From assembly GCA_963632705.1 (NCBI GenBank), contig CAVGVB010000006.1, forward strand, positions 13,783 to 77,782: a stretch of DNA of 64,000 nt, given 5' to 3'. The DNA is from a bacterium. Its GTDB lineage: Bacteria > Bacillota > Clostridia > Oscillospirales > Oscillospiraceae. The notes below the pieces were generated by a model that worked only from the letters and a program-made list of their open reading frames with translations, was not told the DNA's origin and searched no databases. The position numbers were made by a program, and so were the translations under genes. Below, in pieces: positions 8,160-18,777 of the stretch (position 1 is the stretch's first letter; the number at the start of each line of letters is the position of its first letter).

Positions 8160-9284
8160 ATGAAGAGACGGATCGTCAGTTTGCTCATGTGCTTTGTGAT
8201 GATGTTCGGCATGCTGCCCACGGCGGCATGGGCCGAGCTGATCCCGGCGCAGGGCGAGACGGAGGAGGCCGCGTCCAACACCGCCTATGAGGTGGGGGAG
8301 GACACGGCGGTGCAGAGCGGCGAAAACGGTATCGCCGTGATGGCCGCCGGCGAGAACGAGGCCGAGTACAACGGCAAGGAGTATGCCACGCTGGCGGAGG
8401 CGTTCGCGGCGGCGGAAAGTGACCCCGGCGGCACGGTTCAGCTGCTGAAGGACGTGACGATGCCAACGGACCTGACGCTGGAGGAACATCCAGGAAAGGG
8501 CATAGAGGTGACTTGCGAGGTCACGCTGGACCTGAACGGCTTCACGGTGACCAAGGCCGAAGGAGAATGGGAGAGCACGTACCAAAATCAGAACTCGTGG
8601 CACTCCATGTTCTGGGTAAAAGGCGGCAACCTGACCATTGAGGACAGCAGCAGCGCGGGCGCGGGCGCGATCGTGCAGCTGAACGGCAACCCGGCTGTGC
8701 TGGTGGAGAAGAGCGGCACACTTACCGTGAACGGCGGTACGATCAGGGCTGAGAGCGATGGCGGCGAGAACAAAACAGACAGCTACAGGCTGGTCTGCGC
8801 GGTGGATGTTGCCAACGGTACGGCATATCTCAACGGCGGTTCGTTCTGGGGCAGCATGGTCGGCGTGAATGTGCTGTCCAAGGTGTATATCACCGGCGGC
8901 ACGTTCCACGGCGAAACGTCCAACGCTCTGTATGTCGACAGCGGCAACGGGGCGGTGCTGTCCGGCGGTAAGTATACCACCGGCGAAAATGTTGAGTGCA
9001 GTATTTACTACGCTAAAGAGACCTGGACTAACGTCAGTGCAAAGGACTTGCTGGCTGGCGACTATCAGTATGTGGATGAGAGCGGCAACGCGGCCACGCT
9101 CAGCACAAACAGCTTGGGCGTAGTAGGTAATGCCGAGGTCGTGCCTGCTGCGGGCACGGTGGAGTATATCGGCGAGGGAGGCACGAAGCAGGTCTGCACG
9201 GACGCCACGGAATTGACCACCAATAGCACTAGTTATTTGAACAAAAAATGGTACGTGGTGACGGGGGGACGTGACCATCGATAG
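8160..9284 (+). CDS. giant surface repeat protein, fragment A (signal peptide and first beta-helix-like module)
   Basis: RBS aaggagagg, then the ATG at 8160. Signal peptide MKRRIVSLLMCFVMMFGMLPTAAWA. The fragment ends at a TAG 16 nt after a G6 run, and the reading frame continues in the +1 frame. Confidence 0.8.
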   Translation: MKRRIVSLLMCFVMMFGMLPTAAWAELIPAQGETEEAASNTAYEVGEDTAVQSGENGIAVMAAGENEAEYNGKEYATLAEAFAAAESDPGGTVQLLKDVTMPTDLTLEEHPGKGIEVTCEVTLDLNGFTVTKAEGEWESTYQNQNSWHSMFWVKGGNLTIEDSSSAGAGAIVQLNGNPAVLVEKSGTLTVNGGTIRAESDGGENKTDSYRLVCAVDVANGTAYLNGGSFWGSMVGVNVLSKVYITGGTFHGETSNALYVDSGNGAVLSGGKYTTGENVECSIYYAKETWTNVSAKDLLAGDYQYVDESGNAATLSTNSLGVVGNAEVVPAAGTVEYIGEGGTKQVCTDATELTTNSTSYLNKKWYVVTGGRDHR

Positions 9285-12200
9285 TATGCTGACTATCGGT
9301 GCTGAAACCGTCAATCTTATTCTCCGCGACGAGGCAACGCTGAGGGTGAATGGCACTATTGGAGCGTCTGGCTTCCCTGACGGAGTGACGCTGAACGTCT
9401 ATATGCAAAAGGACGGCACGGGCAAGCTGGAAGCCCCGTATGGTGTTTCCCCTGTCGGCAGTGAACTGACCATCAGTCCCATTGGCACGCCCATGAAGAA
9501 GGTGGAAACAGACAATGACGGGTTCACCCTCTCCAAGTGCGAGCACGAGGGGATCGTATATAGCACGAGCGACGCCACGAAGCACGAGGGGACGTGCGAT
9601 TACTGCGGCACGACGGTGTCGGGCAAGCACAGCTACGGCGCGTGGGAACAGAATAACGCGGATAGCCACAAGGCCGTCTGCACGGTGTGCAATTTTGAGA
9701 AAACGGCAGAGCATGACTTCAAGCTGATCCCCCTTGCGGATGGCCAGCACCATGTATGGCTGTGCCGCACGTGCCATTATGAAGACCCGGTAGTGCCGAT
9801 TCACTTCTACGATGAGAACGGCATCTGCAGCTGCGGCGCGGTGCTGACGGCGACCTGCGGCGGTGTGGAGTACGCCGCGCTGGACAAGGCCATCGAGACG
9901 GCCCGGACTCTGTCTGAGAGCGGGGGATCGGCGGTCAGTGTGACGCTGGCGCGGAACGTGATGAATGAGGTCCAGGCCACCATATCGTCCGGCAAGGTGG
10001 TCATCGACCTGGGCGGCTACACGTGGAAAAATTCCGCTACGCCTCTGACCGTCAGCGGCGGCGAGGTGACGCTGCAAAACGGCGTGCTCTCGCAGTCCGG
10101 TATGACCGCGATCGGGGAAGGGAACGGCCTTGTGATCACCGGCGGCAGCGTGACGGTGGGGGAGAACACGGTCATTGACGGCGTGGACCGCTCCATCGAG
10201 GTACAAGAGGGCGGCACGCTGACCCTCGAGGCAGGTGCAACGCTGACCAACGCACTGAAAGTACCGAATACCATGAAGCTGGCGGACTGTTTGGCCAGCG
10301 GCACGGCGTTCGTGAAGTGCACCGTCAACGGGACGACCGTGACCCCCAGCAACCCCGCTGAGTATATCACTGAAGCGTATAGTGTCAGCGAGAGCACCAA
10401 GGACGCTGAGGGCGCTGCTGCGCCCATGACCGTGGTGGCGCACCGGCACAGCATCGTCAACGGCAAGCCCTGCGATTGCGGGTATGCCTGCTCCAACGAC
10501 CACAGCGCGGGCTGGGATGCCAGTGCGTGCCCGGTTTGCGGCATGGCAGCATCCGTGGAGGTGACCGGGGCGGACGGCACGGCGAAGTATTTCGCCGCGT
10601 TCGCGGACGCCATCACCTACGCCAACGGGCAGAAGAACTGCACGGTGACGCTGCTGCAGGACGTGGAGGCAGAAGACCCCTATGCAACAGACCTTGCATA
10701 CGTCACCGGGCCGTTCACGCTGGACCTGAACGGGTATGTGATGCATGAGGATGTCACCGTGGGCGAGGAAGTGTATAAGGTCGACGAAAATGGAGAGTAC
10801 ATCAGGGATGAAGATGATCAGCTCATCCTTGAAAAAACGATCCCCGGCTATCTGACTGTTGTGGACAGCAGCACGGCCAAGACCGGCACTGTCGGCAACC
10901 TGACCCTCTACGCGGGTACGCTGGATATTTCCGGCGCTTTCGTGGAGAGGCTCGAATGCGAGAGCGGCGGCACGGTCACTGCCAGCGGCAATATCGATGG
11001 TGATGATGGGATCGACTGGTCGATCTACGGCGCGCTGACCATCAACGACGATGTGACCGTCGGCGACGCGAATCTCAGGAACTACGACGGCAGCATCATC
11101 ATCGAGGGCGGCACGTTCGGTGTGACGGACTTCTTCAACTACGACGGCAGCTTTGCCATCAGCGGCGGCACGTTCGCGGAAGTCGTGAGCATCGGCAAAA
11201 ACAACGACGACAAGACCCCGCTGATGAACCTGCTGGCCAAGGGCTATGCGTTCTGGAGCGTAGGCAAAAATGAAGTGGTGGATGCCAGCGGGACGACCCT
11301 GGAAGAAACCGTGGAGGTCAGGGCGCACAAGCATCACATCGAAAGCAACGGCAAGTGCGCCTGCGGCGTGAAGACCGTGGTCATCGACAGCAAGGGCGAC
11401 ATCTACGGCACGCTGCAGAGCGCGCTGAACACGGCGATCAAGGACAGCACCATCGAATGGGTGCAGCTGGGGCAGGACGTGACCGAGGAGGTGACGTTCA
11501 ACGGCGGCGAGGCGAACGTCACGCTGGATATGAACGGCAAGACGCTGACGACCGATGCCGGCAGCCCGCTGACCGTTACCGGCGGCACGCTGACCATCAA
11601 GGGCGAGGCTACGATCATCCAAGCCACCAGCACCGCCGCCGACCCCCGGCCCGCTGTTCATCTCACCGGCGGCACGCTGGTGTTTGAGGGTGTGCTGACG
11701 GCCGAGGGCGGCACGAAGCAGGCAACGCATACCAGACAGCCCGGCGTGCTGGCCGAGGGCGGCGTGCTGGAGTTCAAGAGCGCGGTGCATCTGCTGGGCG
11801 GCCTGACGATGAAGGGCGACGCGGAGCTGCGGGGCGGATTGAAGCTGGGCAGCACGCTGGCTTATACCGAAGGAAGCCAGGAAATACGGACCAATACCAT
11901 CGACGTGCGCGAGAGCAAGCGCTATAAGAACCTGCGTGAGCTGCTGGAAAGCGACGACACGCTGGCGTACCGCTGCGACAGCGATGCCGCAGGTCCGTCG
12001 CTGATGAGCGTTGCCGATACGTACAAGTGGGGGATGGGTATTTACACCGTCGTGGCGCACACGCACACGTATACGGCTGGCGGAAGCAACGACGCGGACT
12101 GGGCCGACTGCGCCTGCGGCAAAACGTGCTGGCATGAGTACGGCAACAGCTGGAAGAACGGCGTGTGTACCCTCTGCGGCGTGACGTGTTTGCACCGGGA

Positions 12201-15200
12201 CGAGAAGGTGAACACCGAGACGTATACCTGCGGCATCTGCAAGGCCGATTTGGCGGCCAGCGTGTCGGACGACGAGACCTTCACGTACTACGTGGGGCTG
12301 GCCGATGCGCTGAACGCGGCGGGCGCGAAGACCAGCGGCATTGTCAATGTCACGCTGCTGCGGAATGCCTATATGTGGTTGATCACCACCGACAAAAAGG
12401 GCCACGAGGGAGAACCAGTCTTCCCGACTACGACGGGCGTGAACATCACGGGCGGCGCGGAGGTCTGGCTGAACCTGAACGGATATACCGTCACCGGAGG
12501 CAACAGTTCCGACACGCCCACTACGCTTAACGTCAAGGCTGGCACACTGAAGGTCACGGATGAGAAGGGCGCGGGTGCGCTCAACCGGACCGTGATCAAT
12601 GTGTCCGGCGGGACGGTGACGGTGAATTCGACCGTCGGGAAGGTCGAGCGGCTGAATGTGAGCGGCGGGACGGTGACGCTGAGCGGCGGCACGTATGGGC
12701 GGATCGACGCGCCCAACGGGGCGAAGGCCGGCGAACTGCTGTTCAAGGGGTACGCGTTCAAGACCGAGGGCGGCCAGTTTGTGAATTACACGGCTTCGGC
12801 TAACGCGATGACCAACGTGAGCGTGGTGACGTGCGAGCACGGGTCGGCGGTGGATATGACCACGGGCGTGTGCGCGTACTGCGGCAAGAAGTTCGTGGCG
12901 CGGTTCGTGTATAACAGCAGCGGTCTGGTGCAGTATTGGGATGAGCTGTACAGCAGCTTCATGAACGGCAGTCTGACGCTGCTGGATGATTGCCGCGCCG
13001 ACATAACGACAGGCGGTACGTGCGTCATCGATATGAACGGGCACGCGCTGACATCACGTACGACAATCGCGGGCATAGCGACCATCACGGGCAAGGGCTC
13101 GCTGAGCTATGTGTACCTGAACGGTACAATGAGTATCGCAAACGACGATGTGACGGTGGACGGGCTGAATGTCCAGGCGAACGGCGGGACGAAGCTGGAG
13201 CACGGCACGTTCGGGAAGATCTATACCCAGTACAGCAGTACCGAAATGACGGTGGGTGAGCTGCTGGCGGAGGGGTACGCGTTCTACGGCAAGGACGGGA
13301 ACGGCGAGTACACCGTATTGAAGCGGATGGACGAGACCACGCTGGAGAACGTGAAGGTGCTGAAGCACACGCACCAGTATACGGACGGCGTGTGCGCGTG
13401 CGGCGACGAGTGCGACGTGCTGCTGAACGGCACGCAGAAGTTCAGCAGCATTCAGGCGGCGGTGGACGCTATCCTGGCCAGTGAGACGAGGGAAGGCACG
13501 ATCCTGCTGGCGAAGGACCGGGCGGAGAACGTGACTGTCGACGGGCCGAACGCGAAGATCACCATCGACCTGGGCGGCAACACCTGGACGGCGTATCTGG
13601 CGGACGGCGAGGCAAGCCCGGCGCTGTTCGTCACCGGCAAGAGCGGCGGCTATGGCCATTCGTTTAATAATGAGTCGGTGGTGACGGTGCAAAACGGCAC
13701 GATCAAGCAGGGCGGCACGGGTGACACCGCCGCGTCGGCCATCAAGACGGAGTCTTACAGCACGCTGGCGCTGGGCAAGGATATAACGGTGGTGAAGGGC
13801 GACGGTACGCAGTGCTACGCCGTGGATATGAGCAGCAGCAGCAGCGACAAGGCGCTGCTGCTGTGGGCGGGCAGTGCGCTGATCGGCGGCGTCAAAGGTG
13901 ACTATTTTTCCCACTCGGAGACTCCCCTGCCCAACTGGCTGGCGGAGGGAGCGGCGTTCGTGCGGTGCACGTATGACGAGAGCACCGGAACAGTGACGGC
14001 CACCGACCCGGGGCAGTATGCCAGCGACCTGTATAATAGATACCAGAGCGGGGATGACCTGATGGTGGTGGCGCACAGCCATACACTGACGGCTGGCAAG
14101 TGCGAATGCGGGTATACCTGCCCCCACGCGGGTATGAGTGAGGAGACAGGCTACTACTGCGACGAGTGCAAGCAGACGTTCGTGGCCAAGACGGTCACCC
14201 AAGTGACGGCCAGCACCTCTACGACACGTTACGCCACCACGCTGGAGGATGCGCTGACCGCTACGAATGGCGTTCCTGAGGTGACGCTGCTGACGGATGT
14301 GGATCTGGGTGCGAAGACGCTGGTGGTGAAGGACAAGATGAGAGCCAGCGTGCTGGATCTGAACGGGCATACGCTGTTCGGCAGCGGCGACGTGGTGCTC
14401 GAGATCTGGTGCAGCTCTGGCCTTACTATCCGGAACGGCACGATCGAGAACACGGGCAGCGGCGACGTTATCCTGCTGTCGCGCGGTTCGGGCACTTCGG
14501 GGATTGAAGATGGCAACCTGACGCTGGACGGCAAGGTGATGGTCACGGCCAAGGAGGGCTGGGCCGTCCGGGTGGCGTATACGCCGAATGCGGCGACCGG
14601 CACAGATCCTAATCCTGAAAGGGCGCAGCTGACTATCAAGGACGGCACGTTACAGGGCGGCCTGAACATCGGCGGCGCTAACGTGTACCTGGGCAAGGTG
14701 CAGATCAGCGGGGGCACGTTTATTGCCAATCCGGGTACTCACAGCGTCTATTATCCCGGATCGCACTCAAGCGTGACGGGGCTGGTAGGACAGCTGAAGA
14801 AGGTGCTGGCGGAGGGCCTGACCTACGGCGACGCGAAGGGCAACGCCATCAAGTACTTTGATGAGACGAACCGTACTATTGTAGACACGAGCAATCCCAA
14901 ATGGCCCAAGGGCGTCTACCTGAACGATACGACGGTGACCATCGTGGAGCACAAGACCCACGACATTGACCGGACGAGCAAGACGTGCACCATCTGCGGC
15001 GCACCCTGCCCCCATGCGGCATGGAATGACGACGGCATCTGCACGGCCTGCGGCGACCGGGTAATGTACTGCAAGACGGACGACGGTACGCTGTATCCGA
15101 CCGTCCAGGAAGCGCAGAGCGCGGTGCAGGACCGGACAAACAACCCGACCATCACGCTGCTGGAGAACTGTTGGGACATGACCCTTGCGGGAACTGCCAA

Positions 15201-18200
15201 CGGCTGCACACTGGACCTGAACGGTTTCCATGCGGGCGGTTCGCAGACGAGAATTATTAAGGATCACGTTCTGACCATCATCGACAGCTCCGAGGGAAAG
15301 ACCGGCAGCGTGGGCGGCATATGGGCAGACGGCGGTCATGTGACGATACAGGACGGCAGCTACGCGAAGATCATGGCCTCGTATGAGAACAGCATCAAGA
15401 TCACCGGCGAGGGCACGGTGAAGATCAGAAATATCCAGATGCTGGGCCCGACGGACGGCTCGAACAAGAAGGTGGTGGCCGACCTGCTGTATCCGGGCTA
15501 TGCGGTCTATCTGGTGGATGAGAACACCACTCCTGCCACGTACACCGTCGTGAACGGCTACTACAACGCGAACAATACCAACAGCGGCTATCTGCAGCAG
15601 TACCTGCCCGGCGACTACAAGGACAGCCTCACTGAGCTGTCTGAGGGGCAGTACTACACGGTGGCGAAGCACGACCACGGCTTCACCGTCAGCACGGTGA
15701 ACCCCTGCCCCACCGGGTGCGGCTTTACCTGCGACCACAGCAACGTGGGCGCGGACGGCACGTGCGATGGGTGCGGCACGGTGTTTACGGCGAAGGTGAC
15801 GAACGCGGACGAGAGCCAGACGGTGTACTATGTGGATCTGACCACGGCGCTGAACAGCGCTGTGGACGGAGATACGGTGATGCTGCTGGGGGATGGCCCG
15901 CTGACAACGGATGCGTATCTCTACAATGAGAGCGCCGCCACCGCCGAGGATATGAAGGTAACGCTGGACCTGAACGGGCACAATGTTACAAAATCCGGCT
16001 GGGCGTCCGTGACCCTGGGCAAGGGCGCATATGATTGGACAAAGCCCAACGATACACCGGAAGGACCTTACAAGCTGATCATCCGCGGCAGCGGCAATTT
16101 TGAGCCGCAAATAGCTGTAGATGTGAAGGCTGCGCTGGACCTGAACGGCTGGACCGGCGGCACGATGGAGTATGTGTCAACGCGCATGAACGGGAACACC
16201 GGTGAGACGGCCACGCTGACCATCGGCGAAAAGGCAGGCCGGATCAAGCTCCTGGGGTTTGGAAACTGGCAGGCAGAGACGATAGCCAATACCAGTCTGC
16301 GCGGCGGCAGCTATGATCAGATCCTGATGGAAACTTTCATAGAAAAGCCTACCCAGATGGGCGGCGCGCTGGCTGCGGGCTACGCTTTCCAGAATGCGGA
16401 CGGGACGTTTGTGCCTTATGCGACTGCGTTCGAGATTAGCGGGACGCTCAACAACGTCAAGGTGGTCCTCTGCCCCCATGAGGTCATCGAGAACGGGCGC
16501 TGCGTGTACTGCAACGAGGCTTACGCGGCGAAGGTGAACCGCACGGCCTATAAGACCTACGGCGAGGCCGAGACCGCGTGGCTGACCAGCGGCGGCACGC
16601 TGACGCTGTATCAGAACGTGGACAACATGGCCAGCGCCAACTGGACGGGCGTGAGCGGCAAGACGTACACGCTGGACCTGAACGGGTACAAGATCGCGGA
16701 CGGCAATATGTACAACGAGGACAGCGGCCAGTATGCGCCCAGCTGGCGCATCACCGTCAGCGACATGGCGCTGACCATCAAGGACGGCAGCGAGGCCGGG
16801 AACGGACAGGTGGATAATCTGGTCATGTCCGCGAAGGGCAAGCTGACGCTGGAGAGCGGCTGGCTGGGGCATCTCACCGTGCCCAAGGACGAGACGGTGC
16901 AGGTGACGCTGCAGGGCGGCGGGCTGAAGAGCCGCTATGAGACCGCGATACCGGTGGCCTATCTGCTGGCGGACGGCTATGATCTGAAGGAAGTGCCCGA
17001 CCTTTCGGATGACGGCGAGGGCAACCTCTCGACCTACACGGTGGAGAAAGCTCCCGCTGCCTTCGGCGGCGGCAAGAGCGGCACGATGCCCAACGGCAGA
17101 AATAAGCTGCCCTTCGCGCCTACGGTGACGGTGGACGAGGGCGAGGAAGTGCCTGCGAGCATCAGCGTGGCCTGGTATCTGGAGGACGGTACGAGTCTGG
17201 CCAGCGCGAAGCTGGTGAAGTCCGAGACGGGCTGGGTCTATGACAGCAGCAAGGAGTCGGCCGGCTATCAGGCTTACGACAAGCTGGCCATCGGCGGGAC
17301 GTATGACGTGTTCGCGGTGGTGCAGGCTTACGACGAGAGCGGCGCGGCGCTGTGGCGGGCGGCTCTGAACGGGTACGAGCTGACCATCGGCAAGGGCGAC
17401 CTGGCCGACGCGGTGGTGGAGCTGGTCAACAAGGACGCGATGGTGTTCCTGCCGCAAAGCGCCGACAGCAAGAACGGGACAGAGCTGACGCAGCAGGTGT
17501 CCGTGGTGCTGTACGGCAAGACGCTGGACGCGGAGGACTATGTGGTCAGCGGCAACACCGGGACGAACGCGGGCGACTACAAGCTGACGGTGTCGGCGGC
17601 GGAGGGCAGCACCCTCTATACCGGCAGCACCGAGGCGGACTGGTCCATCGCGCCGTTCCCGCTGCGCGACGCGAATGTGTCGCTGGTCAAGCGGTACGAC
17701 GGCACGGCGGCGGTCAACATGGAAACGGCCACGGTGGATGGTTTTGAACCGGTCGACTACTCGTACATTAACTACTTCAAAGGACTGGAGAAGGGCACGG
17801 ACTACGAGCTGTCGGGCATCTCGGAGAACTATCCCGCCGCCGAGCAGGGGAAGTATACCGGCATGAAGGCCACCGTGACGCTGAAGAACACCAACTATGT
17901 GTTCGCCAATGGGACGATGGCATACGAGTGGGTGAAGACGATCGCCGACGACTACTGCAAGATCGACTATGCGGACGCTCCGGCGAACGTGAACACCACG
18001 CTGACGGTGATGAACGACCACGCGGGGACGTATACGCTGGATGTGTCCCAGCTGCTGCCTGAACTGGCGGCGGGATGCAGCTACGGCGAGCCGACGCAGT
18101 ATCTGATCGAAATGAGCGGCAAGTCGTTCGTGAAGCTGGATGAGCAGTACTACGACGAGGGTGCGGCGAGCATCGGCGAGAACGGCCTGCTGACGCTGCC

Positions 18201-18774
18201 CATCAAGGCGGTGCAAAGCAGCACGGAGGAAAGCATCGGTACGGTGACGGTCAAGGTGGTGAGCCAAAACTACTACACCTTCGATGTGGTCGTTGATGTG
18301 GAGACGGTGAACAAGCTCGTTCCCACCGGCGCGCCGACGCTGGATAAGACGACCATCACCTACGGCGAGACCGTGGGCAGCATCGGCCTGAGCGGCAGCA
18401 TGACGGCGGGCGGAGAGACGGTGGAGGGTACGTTCACATGGGACGCTCCCGAGACCAAGCCCCGCGCGCAGAGCGGCTATCAGGCGGCGTGGACGTTCAC
18501 GCCGGAGGATGCGCAGCACTATCAGGCGGTACAAGGAAAGGCGCGCATCACCGTTGAGCAGGCCGAGCTGACGGGTGTGTCCGTGAAGCAGACCGGCACG
18601 CTGACCTATAACGGCAGCGCGCAGGCGGCGCAGGTGGAGACCAAGGCCGCCACGGTGGATGGGTCTTCCGTGAAGTTCCGGTACAGCGCGGTGAAAAATG
18701 GCAGCTATACAGCTAAGATGCCGGAATTCACCAACGCGGGGACGTACACGGTCTATTATGAAGCGTTCGACTAG
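9271..18774 (+). CDS. giant surface repeat protein, fragment B (about 10 LDLNG-type modules with Cys/His knots, then Ig-like repeats)
   Basis: 3167 aa with no signal peptide and no credible RBS of its own. It has repeated xTLDLNGxT modules, HxH...CxCG motifs, and YDG- and MBG-like repeats. It terminates at a TAG that is in frame with fragment C. Confidence 0.8.
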   Translation: MTIDSMLTIGAETVNLILRDEATLRVNGTIGASGFPDGVTLNVYMQKDGTGKLEAPYGVSPVGSELTISPIGTPMKKVETDNDGFTLSKCEHEGIVYSTSDATKHEGTCDYCGTTVSGKHSYGAWEQNNADSHKAVCTVCNFEKTAEHDFKLIPLADGQHHVWLCRTCHYEDPVVPIHFYDENGICSCGAVLTATCGGVEYAALDKAIETARTLSESGGSAVSVTLARNVMNEVQATISSGKVVIDLGGYTWKNSATPLTVSGGEVTLQNGVLSQSGMTAIGEGNGLVITGGSVTVGENTVIDGVDRSIEVQEGGTLTLEAGATLTNALKVPNTMKLADCLASGTAFVKCTVNGTTVTPSNPAEYITEAYSVSESTKDAEGAAAPMTVVAHRHSIVNGKPCDCGYACSNDHSAGWDASACPVCGMAASVEVTGADGTAKYFAAFADAITYANGQKNCTVTLLQDVEAEDPYATDLAYVTGPFTLDLNGYVMHEDVTVGEEVYKVDENGEYIRDEDDQLILEKTIPGYLTVVDSSTAKTGTVGNLTLYAGTLDISGAFVERLECESGGTVTASGNIDGDDGIDWSIYGALTINDDVTVGDANLRNYDGSIIIEGGTFGVTDFFNYDGSFAISGGTFAEVVSIGKNNDDKTPLMNLLAKGYAFWSVGKNEVVDASGTTLEETVEVRAHKHHIESNGKCACGVKTVVIDSKGDIYGTLQSALNTAIKDSTIEWVQLGQDVTEEVTFNGGEANVTLDMNGKTLTTDAGSPLTVTGGTLTIKGEATIIQATSTAADPRPAVHLTGGTLVFEGVLTAEGGTKQATHTRQPGVLAEGGVLEFKSAVHLLGGLTMKGDAELRGGLKLGSTLAYTEGSQEIRTNTIDVRESKRYKNLRELLESDDTLAYRCDSDAAGPSLMSVADTYKWGMGIYTVVAHTHTYTAGGSNDADWADCACGKTCWHEYGNSWKNGVCTLCGVTCLHRDEKVNTETYTCGICKADLAASVSDDETFTYYVGLADALNAAGAKTSGIVNVTLLRNAYMWLITTDKKGHEGEPVFPTTTGVNITGGAEVWLNLNGYTVTGGNSSDTPTTLNVKAGTLKVTDEKGAGALNRTVINVSGGTVTVNSTVGKVERLNVSGGTVTLSGGTYGRIDAPNGAKAGELLFKGYAFKTEGGQFVNYTASANAMTNVSVVTCEHGSAVDMTTGVCAYCGKKFVARFVYNSSGLVQYWDELYSSFMNGSLTLLDDCRADITTGGTCVIDMNGHALTSRTTIAGIATITGKGSLSYVYLNGTMSIANDDVTVDGLNVQANGGTKLEHGTFGKIYTQYSSTEMTVGELLAEGYAFYGKDGNGEYTVLKRMDETTLENVKVLKHTHQYTDGVCACGDECDVLLNGTQKFSSIQAAVDAILASETREGTILLAKDRAENVTVDGPNAKITIDLGGNTWTAYLADGEASPALFVTGKSGGYGHSFNNESVVTVQNGTIKQGGTGDTAASAIKTESYSTLALGKDITVVKGDGTQCYAVDMSSSSSDKALLLWAGSALIGGVKGDYFSHSETPLPNWLAEGAAFVRCTYDESTGTVTATDPGQYASDLYNRYQSGDDLMVVAHSHTLTAGKCECGYTCPHAGMSEETGYYCDECKQTFVAKTVTQVTASTSTTRYATTLEDALTATNGVPEVTLLTDVDLGAKTLVVKDKMRASVLDLNGHTLFGSGDVVLEIWCSSGLTIRNGTIENTGSGDVILLSRGSGTSGIEDGNLTLDGKVMVTAKEGWAVRVAYTPNAATGTDPNPERAQLTIKDGTLQGGLNIGGANVYLGKVQISGGTFIANPGTHSVYYPGSHSSVTGLVGQLKKVLAEGLTYGDAKGNAIKYFDETNRTIVDTSNPKWPKGVYLNDTTVTIVEHKTHDIDRTSKTCTICGAPCPHAAWNDDGICTACGDRVMYCKTDDGTLYPTVQEAQSAVQDRTNNPTITLLENCWDMTLAGTANGCTLDLNGFHAGGSQTRIIKDHVLTIIDSSEGKTGSVGGIWADGGHVTIQDGSYAKIMASYENSIKITGEGTVKIRNIQMLGPTDGSNKKVVADLLYPGYAVYLVDENTTPATYTVVNGYYNANNTNSGYLQQYLPGDYKDSLTELSEGQYYTVAKHDHGFTVSTVNPCPTGCGFTCDHSNVGADGTCDGCGTVFTAKVTNADESQTVYYVDLTTALNSAVDGDTVMLLGDGPLTTDAYLYNESAATAEDMKVTLDLNGHNVTKSGWASVTLGKGAYDWTKPNDTPEGPYKLIIRGSGNFEPQIAVDVKAALDLNGWTGGTMEYVSTRMNGNTGETATLTIGEKAGRIKLLGFGNWQAETIANTSLRGGSYDQILMETFIEKPTQMGGALAAGYAFQNADGTFVPYATAFEISGTLNNVKVVLCPHEVIENGRCVYCNEAYAAKVNRTAYKTYGEAETAWLTSGGTLTLYQNVDNMASANWTGVSGKTYTLDLNGYKIADGNMYNEDSGQYAPSWRITVSDMALTIKDGSEAGNGQVDNLVMSAKGKLTLESGWLGHLTVPKDETVQVTLQGGGLKSRYETAIPVAYLLADGYDLKEVPDLSDDGEGNLSTYTVEKAPAAFGGGKSGTMPNGRNKLPFAPTVTVDEGEEVPASISVAWYLEDGTSLASAKLVKSETGWVYDSSKESAGYQAYDKLAIGGTYDVFAVVQAYDESGAALWRAALNGYELTIGKGDLADAVVELVNKDAMVFLPQSADSKNGTELTQQVSVVLYGKTLDAEDYVVSGNTGTNAGDYKLTVSAAEGSTLYTGSTEADWSIAPFPLRDANVSLVKRYDGTAAVNMETATVDGFEPVDYSYINYFKGLEKGTDYELSGISENYPAAEQGKYTGMKATVTLKNTNYVFANGTMAYEWVKTIADDYCKIDYADAPANVNTTLTVMNDHAGTYTLDVSQLLPELAAGCSYGEPTQYLIEMSGKSFVKLDEQYYDEGAASIGENGLLTLPIKAVQSSTEESIGTVTVKVVSQNYYTFDVVVDVETVNKLVPTGAPTLDKTTITYGETVGSIGLSGSMTAGGETVEGTFTWDAPETKPRAQSGYQAAWTFTPEDAQHYQAVQGKARITVEQAELTGVSVKQTGTLTYNGSAQAAQVETKAATVDGSSVKFRYSAVKNGSYTAKMPEFTNAGTYTVYYEAFD

Positions 18775-18777
18775 GGC

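Noticed and set aside
18772-18774. The in-frame TAG read as pyrrolysine or a reassigned codon
   Set aside because: No pyl genes are in the window. TAG also terminates other ORFs here, such as fragment A and the HEPN-like gene. A nonsense mutation or a base error is more parsimonious.
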